From assembly GCA_964016885.1 (NCBI GenBank), contig OZ024742.1, positions 93,310,001-93,374,000 of the forward strand: a stretch of DNA of 64,000 nt. Reading direction: 5' to 3'. This document shows positions 13,270 to 24,519 of this stretch, one piece after another; positions within the stretch are counted from its first letter, which is position 1, and every line of letters begins with the position of its first letter. The position numbers were made by a program, and so were the translations under genes. The notes beneath the pieces are model-generated. The model was not told the DNA's origin. It searched no databases and was given only the letters and a program-made list of their open reading frames with translations. The DNA comes from Eledone cirrhosa. Lineage: Eukaryota.

Positions 13270-14017
13270 ATATGTATATGTATATATATATATATATAAA
13301 TATGTATATATATATATTGTGTATGTATATGTGTATATATACATATATACATGTGTGTGTGTGTGTGTGTATATATACAGATGTATTTCTTTCTCTCTCT
13401 CTCGCTATATATATATATATATAATACACACATTATGTAAGCATACATATAAGTATAGAGATGCATGCACGCACTTAGAAACATAGATAAAAAAGTAGGA
13501 TTATGTTCTGGAAGTTGTCCAATGATTACTTTTGATTGATGACATAAGAAAGAGGGAAAGCAGAAGAACCATTCACACACAGATAGTGGAATCTGGTCTT
13601 TATTGTGTGGCTTACCACTAGGGTTTCTAGTTACACTGGTAGACATCCTTACAGCCCATGAACTGTGCTTCATTCTCCACCGCCTTCTTATACATACATT
13701 ACTTCATCTCCTCCAATGATTCTTTTGCTTTCCTCTCTCGTTCATTTCTTTTCTTTTTTGGTCCAATTTTCCAACCATGGACTTGTACTTTATGTACTTT
13801 AATATCACTCCTGATGCCCTGCCAATCTCTGGTTTTGGTCAGCATCACCAGCACCAACACTATCAACAACAACAGCACCCCTCCAATATCATCCCCACCA
13901 TCACTACTACTCTGTCTATTTAAATGAACATAGCTTCACACCAAATTGCCTGCTTGGCATTTTTATGGGATTTCATGGGAGCATTTGTGCGCATGGGCGT
14001 GTGTGTGTGTGTGTATT

Positions 14018-14066
<49 letters not shown>

Positions 14067-14372
14067 CAGAAGAGCACAACTAACAATAATTGGAAAATTC
14101 CTGTGTCCTAAGAAATCAATGCAATGTTTGTCATCCCCATCATCATCATTTAACGGGTTTTTTTCCCATCTTACATGCATGGGTTGTACTGGTCCTCACA
14201 GACAAAGTACTTAATCAGAGCCACTGATCTCTTTCATGCATACACACACACACACAAACACATATAGTAATAATAAATACAAATACCATAATCTGAAGAG
14301 GACTCGATAAGAATTGTATATATATATATAGGTATATATAAACCCATAACCCATAAAGCAAATATTTTTCTC

Positions 14373-14423
14373 AGTTTCAGAAGATCCCACTTAGGGTGAA
14401 AGCAGTAATTCATTGCTTAAACT
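14373..14423 (+). ncRNA. Decayed type I hammerhead ribozyme (core CAGAAGA instead of CUGANGA)
   Basis: Stem I AGTTT/AAACT, stem II CCC-ACTTA-GGG, GAAA, stem III GCAGT/ATTGC, then UU. Confidence 0.55.
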
Positions 14424-14445
14424 TTTAATCAGTACTAATAATTAA

Positions 14446-14483
<38 letters not shown>

Positions 14484-14489
14484 TGTACT

Positions 14490-15038
14490 ATCCACAGAGA
14501 CATATCTTTCAGCCTAAGCTTCAAGAGGCATATCCTCCCTCCTAATGTTATCCAGTCCATAACACATTATGACAGTTCGAGGGTTGTGAGAAACCTCACT
14601 CATGCCTTTGCAGTCATTTCTGGTACCATACACGAATAGTGGAGTTTTCATCCTCCATCTAAATCTACAGTACCAGAGTCATGGAACTTTGTTGGGGAAA
14701 CCCCAACTATATCCAGCTGATAGAATCTGGCCTCCTCCACAAGTTCCTGCTCCAGGTAGAGCTGTTATTCTCTGAATTGAGAGATCACAGCTCCAATACA
14801 ATGGGCATGGGATTAAAAGTTCACAGGAAAGAAATACTGGACAGATTTTACAGGCAACATTAAGTGGCAGGAGACCCAAGGGTTGAGTCTGTGGGAAATG
14901 GTTGGATAACATCCATGAGCTCAACTGGTCTCGCTTGAGGATCTACCCAGATTAGTTGGAAATAGTTGCTTCTGGAAGGAGTGTTTATGAACTCTGTCAC
15001 CATGACCCTCTCAGAAATAAGTGGGTGAAGAAGATGAA

Positions 15039-15040
<2 letters not shown>
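14490..15040 (+). mobile_element. Degenerate RTE-like LINE 3' fragment
   Basis: Translated remnants ERSQLQYNGH and GRRPKG...KWLDNI resemble the RTE C-terminus. Confidence 0.5.
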
Positions 15041-15095
<55 letters not shown>

Positions 15096-15097
<2 letters not shown>

Positions 15098-15330
15098 AGT
15101 CTTAGTCTTAGATTCTTCTGCACCGTTCGGCGCATTGAGCAGTACGTACTCTCCAACGGTCATGATCAGTGGCAACTTTTTCGAGACCGTGCCAGGTGAT
15201 GTTGGCTGCCATCAGGTCCTTCCAGAACGCTCGTCTCCAGGTGATCCTTGGGCAACCCCGCCTCCATTTACCTTTATGGCCGAGCATTTTTTTTTTTTTA
15301 GGCTTTTCTTGCTGTTTCTTTAGCGGTTAG
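15096..15330 (-). mobile_element. RTE-like LINE 3' fragment with (CTAAGA)n tail, tail-to-tail with the previous element across a (CA)n tract
   Basis: The minus strand reads GKWRRGCPRITWRRAFWKDL...ITW...VATDHDRWR...C...RRI*. Confidence 0.7.
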
Positions 15331-15493
15331 AACTTTTACAGCAGTGCCGGGTTGCATATATAAGTTAAATCACTATATGCTGTATATACAGAGTGTATAA
15401 ACATGACTATGCCAATATGCATACAAATATACACAATTTTAATATAAATGTGCTAAAAATATGAATTTTACCATGGATTAAAAAAAATGATAA

Positions 15494-15542
15494 ACACCTT
15501 TAATTGTATTTTGGACCTAGTTGGGTCTTCATCAGAAGGTGT
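15494..15542 (-). ncRNA. Decayed type I hammerhead ribozyme (GAAA mutated to AAAA)
   Basis: Minus strand: ACACCTT-CTGATGA-a-GACC-caacta-GGTC-c-AAAA-tacaat-TA-AAGGTGT, with a perfect 7-bp stem I. Confidence 0.55.
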
Positions 15543-15814
15543 GTATATCCTCTAAACAACCACAAGGAAACATATATTTGATGGGCTTCTATACATCTAA
15601 TCGGTTTTTGGTTACCCACTCTGTATATATATATATATATATACATATATTATATATATATGTAAAACATCTGATGTATTTACATTGAGCTATTTTTCTT
15701 ACTGGTAATAAGGTGGTAATGAATTACTGACCTTTCCTGTTTATAATTATATATGTGTATATATAAGCATAAATAATATTATTATTATTATATATAAAAG
15801 TATATATATATATA

Positions 15815-16845
15815 TATAAAATATTAAACAAATAATGAATAAACAATTCCTTATATTAAACAAAAAAAGTTCATTATTTAACGATCGTTTCTAGGGTATA
15901 TATGTGTTATAATTGGTATGCATATTCAACAGATCTATGTACAAAATTATACAAAATTATACAAATTATCAAGATTAAATATACATACCAAACACATATA
16001 TACGCCGTCTTCAGAAATAATGAAGTATATTTATTGATAATAACAACAATTCAAAATTTCAGTTCAAAATTGACCAATGAAAACACAAAGGGTTAAAAGC
16101 AGTTCGGTGTGTGTATATACATGTAAAACCCTTACACATATTTTACAAAAATGTATGTATAATTTGTATACGCATACTAAAAAGATGGATGCAAACACAA
16201 AATTTCAAGGTTAATATCTCTGTAAGCTTACCATGCGCAGATAAGATGCGCATTGATACTTATGGAGTCAAGTATATAAATATATTTTTTTCATACTCAC
16301 ACATATCAGTACAATCACACATACACGCGCATATATGCATAAATATACACATAACCACGAACATACAAATACACACACACCCCCACTCACATTTATATAT
16401 GTGGATATAAAATCATAAGCACATGGATATTAATTCACTCACATAAAACACTGGCACACACATTTCTAGATCAAGATACAGAAATTAGGTGGGAGGGGGG
16501 GGGAAGGGGTCAGTATTCAATTGTCTGAGCAGACTGCCTAATATAAATGTATCTATAAATTAAGAAAAATAAAAAAATAAAACAATAAAATATAATAAAT
16601 ATAATATAATATACATACACATACAGATATATACACATACATACATGTACGCGCACATAGAAATATTTACGCATACACACATACACACATATATATACAG
16701 TCATACACACACATACACTTACACGAACATACACATACACATATATAAAGATATATATATACACACACACACACACGCAACACATACACACATACACATA
16801 TATATAAAAAATAAATAATAAAGATATATATCCATATATATATAT

Positions 16846-16892
<47 letters not shown>

Positions 16893-16971
16893 CATACACA
16901 TACATCTAAATATACATACACATACATACACACATACATGTACATACATGTACATACATATACGCACATCG

Positions 16972-17022
<51 letters not shown>

Positions 17023-17363
17023 TAGACATATAGATACATATACACACACAACTTACATACACACATATATATATATAGATGTACATTCATACATAGAATT
17101 AGATATATAATCATACATACATATGCACCTACTTATACTCATATATATAAATACATACGCTTCCATATATGCGTATATACATAAAAAACACTACAACCTC
17201 ACCTAACTCAGACATACAAATAAAAATAATAATAAAAAGGCATATGTATATACATACACACACGCATTAATAGATATATATATATATACACACATACATA
17301 CACATATATATATACATATATATACACCTATATATATGTATATATATATATACACACTCATAC

Positions 17364-17397
<34 letters not shown>

Positions 17398-17497
17398 CTA
17401 CACACTCATACCACCATAAATACACATACAAACACCCACATATATATATATATATATATATACACACGTATATATATATATATATATACATATATGT

Positions 17498-17576
<79 letters not shown>

Positions 17577-17620
17577 TATATACAGATATAATTTTATCAT
17601 ATACTTTGGTTGGTACACTT
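15815..17620 (-). mobile_element. Penelope-like element 3' remnant (low-complexity 3' region plus hammerhead-bearing pseudo-LTR)
   Basis: 15815-16024 is homologous to 23355-23567 and 59340-59540. It is followed by the same kind of AC/AT-rich tract seen at 59540-60460. Confidence 0.65.
15870..16024 (-). ncRNA. Type I hammerhead ribozyme with greatly extended stem II
   Basis: Minus strand: TTCATTATTT-CTGAAGA-[~116-nt hairpin]-GAAA-C-GATC-G-TT-AAATAATGAA, with a 10-bp stem I. Confidence 0.8.
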
Positions 17621-18599
17621 CTTTATATATATCTTAATTAACTACCAATACAAGCACTAATTATATGCAAATTATTAAATCAATTTCAGAATACTACTAT
17701 GAGCAAATGGATATATCTTGCACACTTCTAAGCTGGTGTTTAGAGCAAAGATTAATAAAAGTTGTTACATAAAATTGTGATGGAAGATATTTAGATGAAT
17801 TTAATCCCTTTATATCCAACTGCCTGAAACTACACTGGTTTTATGATACACAACTGTTCATTTTTAATATATTAAAACCTTCCATAATCATTTCATTTCA
17901 GAAATTTTTGTTAAGTAATGTTTCAAACAACAGCTTAGTAATGAAAAGATTAGTTATTTTATTAAATTTTTCAGATTTTCAAAATTAATTGATACTCATA
18001 AGCAGTGTTTTTCATTAAAAATACAGTAATAAAATGGACAAACAGCTTAGTATCATGGAAGCTGTTTCAGTTATTTTTGTATCAAAACAGTTACAAATAT
18101 TGACAATATAATTGAGGATAACCTTCAGCATACTAAATACAAAGACAGTAGAGTATCACATATATTTAATATAGAAATTTTTGATTTGCTAATATTATTG
18201 GTGCAATAATAATTGCTTGCTTCTTTTAGAATTTAAATACCCACTAGAAGGTATTTTTGATTACTATTCACATGAGCGAGACACGGTCACCCGACCGATC
18301 TTGACTCAAGTGGGACAATTCCCGTCTAACCCATGCTAGCTTGGAAGATAGACGTTAAACGATGATGATGATGATAATGATGATGGTTGATTTCATTTGT
18401 TCAAAATCATTTAATTCTATAATATTATATATATGAGGTCCTACCGTATTTGTTATTAGCATGCAGAAAGCTCTCCAGAGGTAGGATTCCACTATATATA
18501 TATATAAGCAAAATGTTAACATCTGTCTATACATAGTGTTTGCTAAAATCTTAAAATAAATTCTCTAGTGCATGATGGTATTGAAACAAAATGCTATTA

Positions 18600-19250
18600 G
18601 TACACCAGTAATTTGTTAATATAATTAGCTGCAAGAAGGCACTATATATGCAAATCTGATTTACTTAAAGTCTTAATACTAGTGAGCTTATAGCAATGTT
18701 TCTGTGGCCAGATAAAGACAGTGTTCAGCCGTTGTAGCCTGTCATATCTCTTTTATGTTGCTATGAAGATACTCTATATAAAGATAAAGTGTCTACATAT
18801 CTCTAGTAGATATAGTGTTGGCTAAAATTGCTAAATATAATCTGTATTACAATATAACATATATTGTGGGGTTGTAGTACAGCAAGTTGAAAAACTTTGA
18901 TCAACTGATATCATCCAGCCCTGTAGATGTAAACATGGCTTACAAAATATGTGGGAAAGAGAATATTATTAAATGAAACCTTTGAAAACAAAAGTGGAGA
19001 AGGGTTTGGTACTAATGGTGGTCAAACATGGATCAGACAGTAGATGAAAGCTTGTATGAAATGCACTGGTGAAATGCACCATGTTGATGTTGTCAACTTC
19101 TCTAAAACTCACAGCCATTCCATCCAGATTATAAAATAACATTTGTACTCATAATCATTGGTGCACTTGGTTACTTTATTAATCTTTTGTTTTACTTATC
19201 TGGGACTAAGCTGAAACAACATTTATCACTACCAGCTTCACTACATTGAT
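18600..19250 (+). mobile_element. Highly degenerate remnant of a restriction-like-endonuclease non-LTR element
   Basis: Remnant peptides resembling D.SSPVDVN and VLIIIGALG (compare VPIVIGALG at 37.6 kb). Confidence 0.35.
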
Positions 19251-19361
19251 ATGTTGGCCCAATCAGATATTTGGCTCTTTTTTAAACGTTTTTATTTCAC
19301 ATAATTGGATAAAGTTTAAATTTCATATTTTACAGAATATATTAATGACCACCGTCATCTA

Positions 19362-19741
19362 TCATCATTTCATTTTACGTCCACTTTTCCCTGCTTGCAA
19401 GGGTGGGACGGGAACTGATTCTGGCTTGGTTTCTACAGCTGGATGCCCTTCCTAACACCAACCTCATTTAGAGTGAGTGCTGGGTGCTTTTTTTCCGTGG
19501 TGCCTACACGTCCATTTTACAGTGTGGACTGGGTGCTTTTTTGCCGTGGCACCTCCACGACCACTTTGCAGTGGAATTATAGGGACCCGAGTCCCTATCA
19601 TCTCATTTCTACAGCTGAGTAAACTGGAGCAATGTGAAATAAAGTGTCTTGGTCAAGGAAACAACACATCGCCCGGTCTGAGAATTGAATTCACAACCTT
19701 TCGATTGCAAGGCCAATGCTCTAACCACTAAGCCATGTGCA
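19362..19741 (-). mobile_element. tRNA-derived CORE-type SINE (family B) with RTE-like tail
   Basis: A-box TGGCTTAGTGG and B-box GAATTCAATTC. The CORE-like segment is ccttgaccaagacactttatttcacattgctccagtttactcagctgtagaaatg. The tail is shared with the RTE 3' UTRs. Confidence 0.82.
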
Positions 19742-19751
19742 TATATATAAT

Positions 19752-19938
19752 TGTTTCTACTTTTGGCACAAGGCCAGCAATTACCCCAAGTGCATTACTG
19801 GTACTTTGTTTTATTGACCCCATAAGGATGAAAGGCAAAGTTAACCATGGCGGGATTTGAACTCAGAACGCAAAGGGCCATAACTCTATGCCGCAAGGCA
19901 TGGTGTTTGACACTCTACCGACACTGCCAATCCACCGT
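19752..19938 (-). mobile_element. SINE family A
   Basis: Reverse-complement match to 7848-8030, flanked by TATATATAAT direct repeats. Confidence 0.82.
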
Positions 19939-19953
19939 CATCTATATATAATA

Positions 19954-20520
19954 CTAGACACCAGTGACCCGTTGGGTCACGTTTACTTCGACATACTTTA
20001 AAAAAATCATGTTCAATTAAAAATAATTTTTAAATAATTAAAATATACACAGACATTTATGTACCGTGAAATGAAACTAGAAGGCCCATATATATATGTG
20101 TGTGTATGTATATATATAAATGTGTGTGTATATATATGTAGGTGTCTGTGATCTATATACACTGGTCATAGACACACACACTCACATATATATATATATA
20201 CACAGCAACACCACCAGCTTTGTCTCTCTCTTCCATTCTCCTTCTCTGTCTCCTCTCCCTCTCTCTATGTCTCTCTTTCAATCTACTTTCTCACAACCAC
20301 TATCTCTTTCTCTCTATCCTTCTCTCTCTCTGTTTATGAAGGTACCCAGAAAACCCCTTATCTCGGGAACCCGTGCTTCGATTTACGCAAAACTTGTTTT
20401 ATTTCATTTGTATTCCCATTTCATGAGCAACTTCCTTTCAAAGTATTTTACCATTATGCTATATTGGCTATATTACATTACACGCAAGCAAGCAATCACA
20501 GCCTTTTAGTAATATATAGA
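19954..20520 (-). mobile_element. Non-autonomous Helitron
   Basis: The minus strand begins A|TCTATATATTAC and ends with hairpin GTGACCC-AAC-GGGTCAC followed by CTAG|T. Confidence 0.75.
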
Positions 20521-20524
20521 TAGA

Positions 20525-20730
20525 TAATATAAAAGAGAGATGTTTATTGGATGGTTGGTTGGTTGGTTGGTTGTTTGGTTTAATCACATGAAAAATACAC
20601 ACACATTCACATCTAAAGAGAGAGAGATACAGAAGGACAGGCAGAGAGAGATAGACCTTTATACAGAGAGAGATGCAATTAAAGTGTTAAATATTCAGAA
20701 AGAAAGAGAGAGAAATAAAGTGAGAGATAG

Positions 20731-20765
<35 letters not shown>

Positions 20766-21893
20766 CGTCCCACAAAAGTCTAGATTTGGCTTAAGCTATA
20801 GATCAAAGTATCAGTTGAATGTTTAACACTATTGCGTTAGCTTTTATAAAGTCGTTTTACACCAGTCTTTGATTTTACAGAATTGATACTATTTGAAATT
20901 AATCTACGGTGTATACTAATTTTGCTTTTTGAGGATAGTGTCATATTATTATAGACCTAATTCAGATGACAAAGTGTCAACCTATTCTCTAAGGCTGCTA
21001 TTTGCATTTATTACTATTTTTTTATATTGTTTTGTATTGTTTTGTTTTTTTCACAATATTTTTCAAGAAAATTAATTTCATCATTTCATCAAAACACTGC
21101 GAATGTATTGGAGGAGTTACAATGTCTGCCAAATGGTTGAAATCTTCAAGCGAAAGAGAAACTCATGAACAATATAATAAAAGACTTGGGAATAAAGGGA
21201 CAAGTCAACATCGTTACATTCAGCAGAATATGATCACAACTTTCTGAAAGTGTAAAGAACCTGAGACAAGAAACAGAAAGATTAAGGCAAGTAGATTAAA
21301 GCAAGACTATTGCAATAAAGAGAGGTTCAATATGAAAATCACCAGGAGGCAATAAGAGTTATGATGTAAACTCGACGAGCACAAAGGACTCTTCAAGGCA
21401 AAATAAACTGGCTAAGAGCTGCGTTTTCATATGATCCATCAAAGAATTATAGAAATTATCCTAAAGTCACGATTGGTAGCATGGATATTACACTTGGTAT
21501 GTGTTGCTTAGAAGGAAAGGTCAGACTTCCACTGATAGAGGACTCTCTAGCTTTTATCCATATACTGCTTACAGACCATACTAACGAAGCTAAACGCTTC
21601 AGAAGCAATGTTATGCAGTATATTGGTGCGTTTCAGATGACATCCTTTAGAGCTGAAAAAGATCATACTGACTATGGTTATTTCACATTTAAAATCCAAG
21701 GCCAATGCTACCATTTAATTGGCAGTTTACTCCTCCAGACTAATAAGGAAGTTTTATGATTGTGTTTTTTTATGTCTCTCTCTCTCACACATATTACATT
21801 CTCCCCTCAGACAACACATCCAATACAGTCGTTTTCTCTTTTATATGTCTTCTCTTAACTGTTCTCCTGGGCAAAGCTGGGTACCTCAGCTAG
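20525..21893 (+). mobile_element. Internally deleted Helitron with a RepHel N-terminal remnant (21481-21759)
   Basis: GMCCLEGKVRLP...AFQMTSF...FKIQGQCYHLIGSLL is typical of the RepHel N-terminus. The 3' end is GC-rich and finishes in CTAG|T at 21890-21893. The 5' boundary is approximate. Confidence 0.72.
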
Positions 21894-23157
21894 TGATATA
21901 TAAACGACTACAAATGAATATAAACTGCAGAAAGGAAGGAACTATTTCTCTTTGTCTTTACATAGATTTTGAATATAGAACAAAATGTTAAATAATTAAT
22001 TTTTAACAACTCTTATTAGTATTACATAAATTTCCTCTTTCTAATCTGCAGTGATGATTTTTTGTAATTGAAATAAGCCTATATATAAATCGAGTGATTT
22101 AATTATACTATTTACTGTTTTCCTTTTCTCCAACAATAGAAAGAATATGTAAGTAGATTAATAAAGAAATGTAGGAATGATCCACAGCAATGATCATTTT
22201 CTTTCTTTTCTCTCTCTTATCTCTCCATTTTGTGATAATATATTTGTAATAATTTTAGACAGCTTTCAGAATATTTTGTAGTAGTTCATAGGAACTTAAA
22301 CTGTGAAATATAAATTTTAAATTTCATGTGAAGATATGCTAAAGAAATAAGTGTATGGTGTTTACTTGCCTTAGGAATGTGTGCTAAGCCAAAACAAATG
22401 AAATTGGAGCTATATTCTAAAATAATGTGACCAACAGGAGGAAAAAAGAAATGACCTTTTCTCCCCATAAATTTGAAATTGGAAAGCTCAACCATTGGCA
22501 GACAGCAGAAATGAAAATGACTAAATCAAAGCGAGGAAAGATTAATTTAGGTTATACATATTTGATAGAGGATATTATATATATATAATAAAAATAAATT
22601 ATGTCTATATTTGATATATTTGATAAAAAGAGCTATTACTCTTTACTAGATTATGAAATAAAACATTGAGTAATTTTTAACAACTCTAATTGCCATTATG
22701 TAACTTAAATTTGTCTAATTTGCCATAGTGATTATTGAGAAAATGAAATAAGGTTATCTGCAAATTGAGTAATTTAATTATACTCATTCTTTTGTTGCTT
22801 GTCTTTTACATATATAGAGTTTAACCATAAATGAATTAATTATTTTGAATGTTTAGAGTTCCCTACAATTAGCTTTAGAATTCTCCTATATGATCAAGAG
22901 TCTTCCCAGAAGTAACTCCATTACAATATGTCAGACTAAATGAGTTGGTGTCAAACCAAAGGAAATTTGAGTATCAGCATAATGTCACAGTTGTAAACTA
23001 ATTATACATATATATATATATAGTTATGTAATAAACAATATATATATGTATAATTATACAGATGTCTGACTTCAGTCGTCAGAATGAAATTTTATTCTAA
23101 ATAAAATTTCATAGAGCACTCTCTTACTCTCTTTTCCTTTACCCTTCCTACAGAAAC

Positions 23158-23220
<63 letters not shown>

Positions 23221-23223
<3 letters not shown>

Positions 23224-23781
23224 GATAAATCTACCAAGAGTTTACGGTAGTGTCCAATCCGTATGAAGAACTCAATGTAATCCGGATATCATGGAAAGAA
23301 GAGATGCAATGAAATATCACTTTCGGTGAAAGATAAACGGAATACAGAGTCAAGATAAAATATTAAAAAAATAATGAATAAAACAATGAAACAGTTCCTT
23401 ATATTAAACAAAAAAAGTTCATTATTTAACGATCGTTTCTAGGATATATATGTGTTAGAATTGGCATGCATATTCAACAGATCTATGTACAAAATTATAC
23501 AAAATTATACAAACTATCAAAATTAAATATACATACCAACACATATATATGCCGTCTTCAGAAATAAATTATTTCTGAAGACGGCATATATATGTGTTGG
23601 TATGTATATTTAATTTTGATAGTTTGTATAATTTTGTATAATTTTGTACATAGATCTGTTGAATATGCATGCCAATTCTAACACATATATATCCTAGAAA
23701 CGATCGTTAAATAATGAACTTTTTTTGTTTAATATAAGGAACTGTTTCATTGTTTTATTCATTATTTTTTTAATATTTTAT
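23221..23781. mobile_element. PLE pseudo-LTR with inverted duplicate: 427-bp palindrome (23355-23781, centre 23568)
   Basis: The 213-bp arms read as exact reverse complements. 23221-23567 is homologous to 59201-59540. Both sides are flanked by (TA)n. Confidence 0.9.
23568..23715 (+). ncRNA. Type I hammerhead ribozyme with 115-nt stem II (mirror copy on the minus strand at ~23421-23567)
   Basis: ATTATTT, CTGAAGA (23575-81), stem II 23582-23696, GAAA (23697-700), C-GATC-G, TT, AAATAAT. Predicted cut after 23708. Confidence 0.82.
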
Positions 23782-23797
23782 ATATATATATATATAT

Positions 23798-24472
23798 GTA
23801 AATATGAAATAAACCTGCTGAGGGGTTGCTAATGGGTTACATATGAATAAAGTTAGTTCTTCATCAGTGATCTTCCAACCATCATTGGTATTTCATCGCT
23901 TTAAAGACCATATACCTCCGGTTGGTGCGAGCAACGGCTAAAAAAAGTCGTTGGGATACGTAAATAAAGGGGACACGAGTGTAAACAAACAAAAATGGTG
24001 AAGCAACGAAAAGTGAGGAAGAAGGAGTCAAGTCTCAAATTTCTATGAATTTAAATTCGGTGAAATCGTGAACGAGAGAGAATAAAGACCATCAAACCTG
24101 GTTGAAATGTGAGCAAGGAAGGAATTTCGCACAGGTCTAATGGGAGGAAGAAGGGGTCTAGTCTGTGAATTCGGTAAACATAAGTTCTGTGAAATCGTAG
24201 ACGAGAGAGAGAAAAAATGCCGACCGGCCTGGCCAAACGTGCGAAAGAAAAGAATTACGCACAGGTCAAACGGGAAGAGGGAGGAGGAGGAGTGGTAGCA
24301 ACGGAGAATGAGTGAGTGAAGGGTGAGGAAGAGGCTAACAGAGAGAGTGACTAAAGATACAGAGAAAGAGGAAGCAGTAAGAACGAAATAGACGGGCAAC
24401 AGCAGTGGAAAAAATATGTGTAAATATGAAATAAACGTGCTACGGTGTTGCTAATGGGTTACATATGAATAA
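23798..24472. repeat. Unclassified ~675-bp element bounded by ~53-bp direct repeats, inside (TA)n
   Basis: gtaaatatgaaataaac.tgct..gg.gttgctaatgggttacatatgaataa occurs at 23798 and 24420, and there is an internal ~128-bp-period duplication. Confidence 0.65.
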
Positions 24473-24519
24473 TATATATATATATATATAATAAATATGG
24501 TACCAGGAAAAAACAGGAA

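Noticed and set aside
19660-19741. tRNA gene (A and B boxes present; also at 31460-31543 and 52518-52585)
   Set aside because: It continues into the CORE domain and LINE-like tail, so it is a SINE head. I see no full cloverleaf or Pol III terminator.
23850-23915. Type II hammerhead on the minus strand (GAAA...CUGAUGA)
   Set aside because: There is no UH triplet at the required position, and stems I and II do not close.
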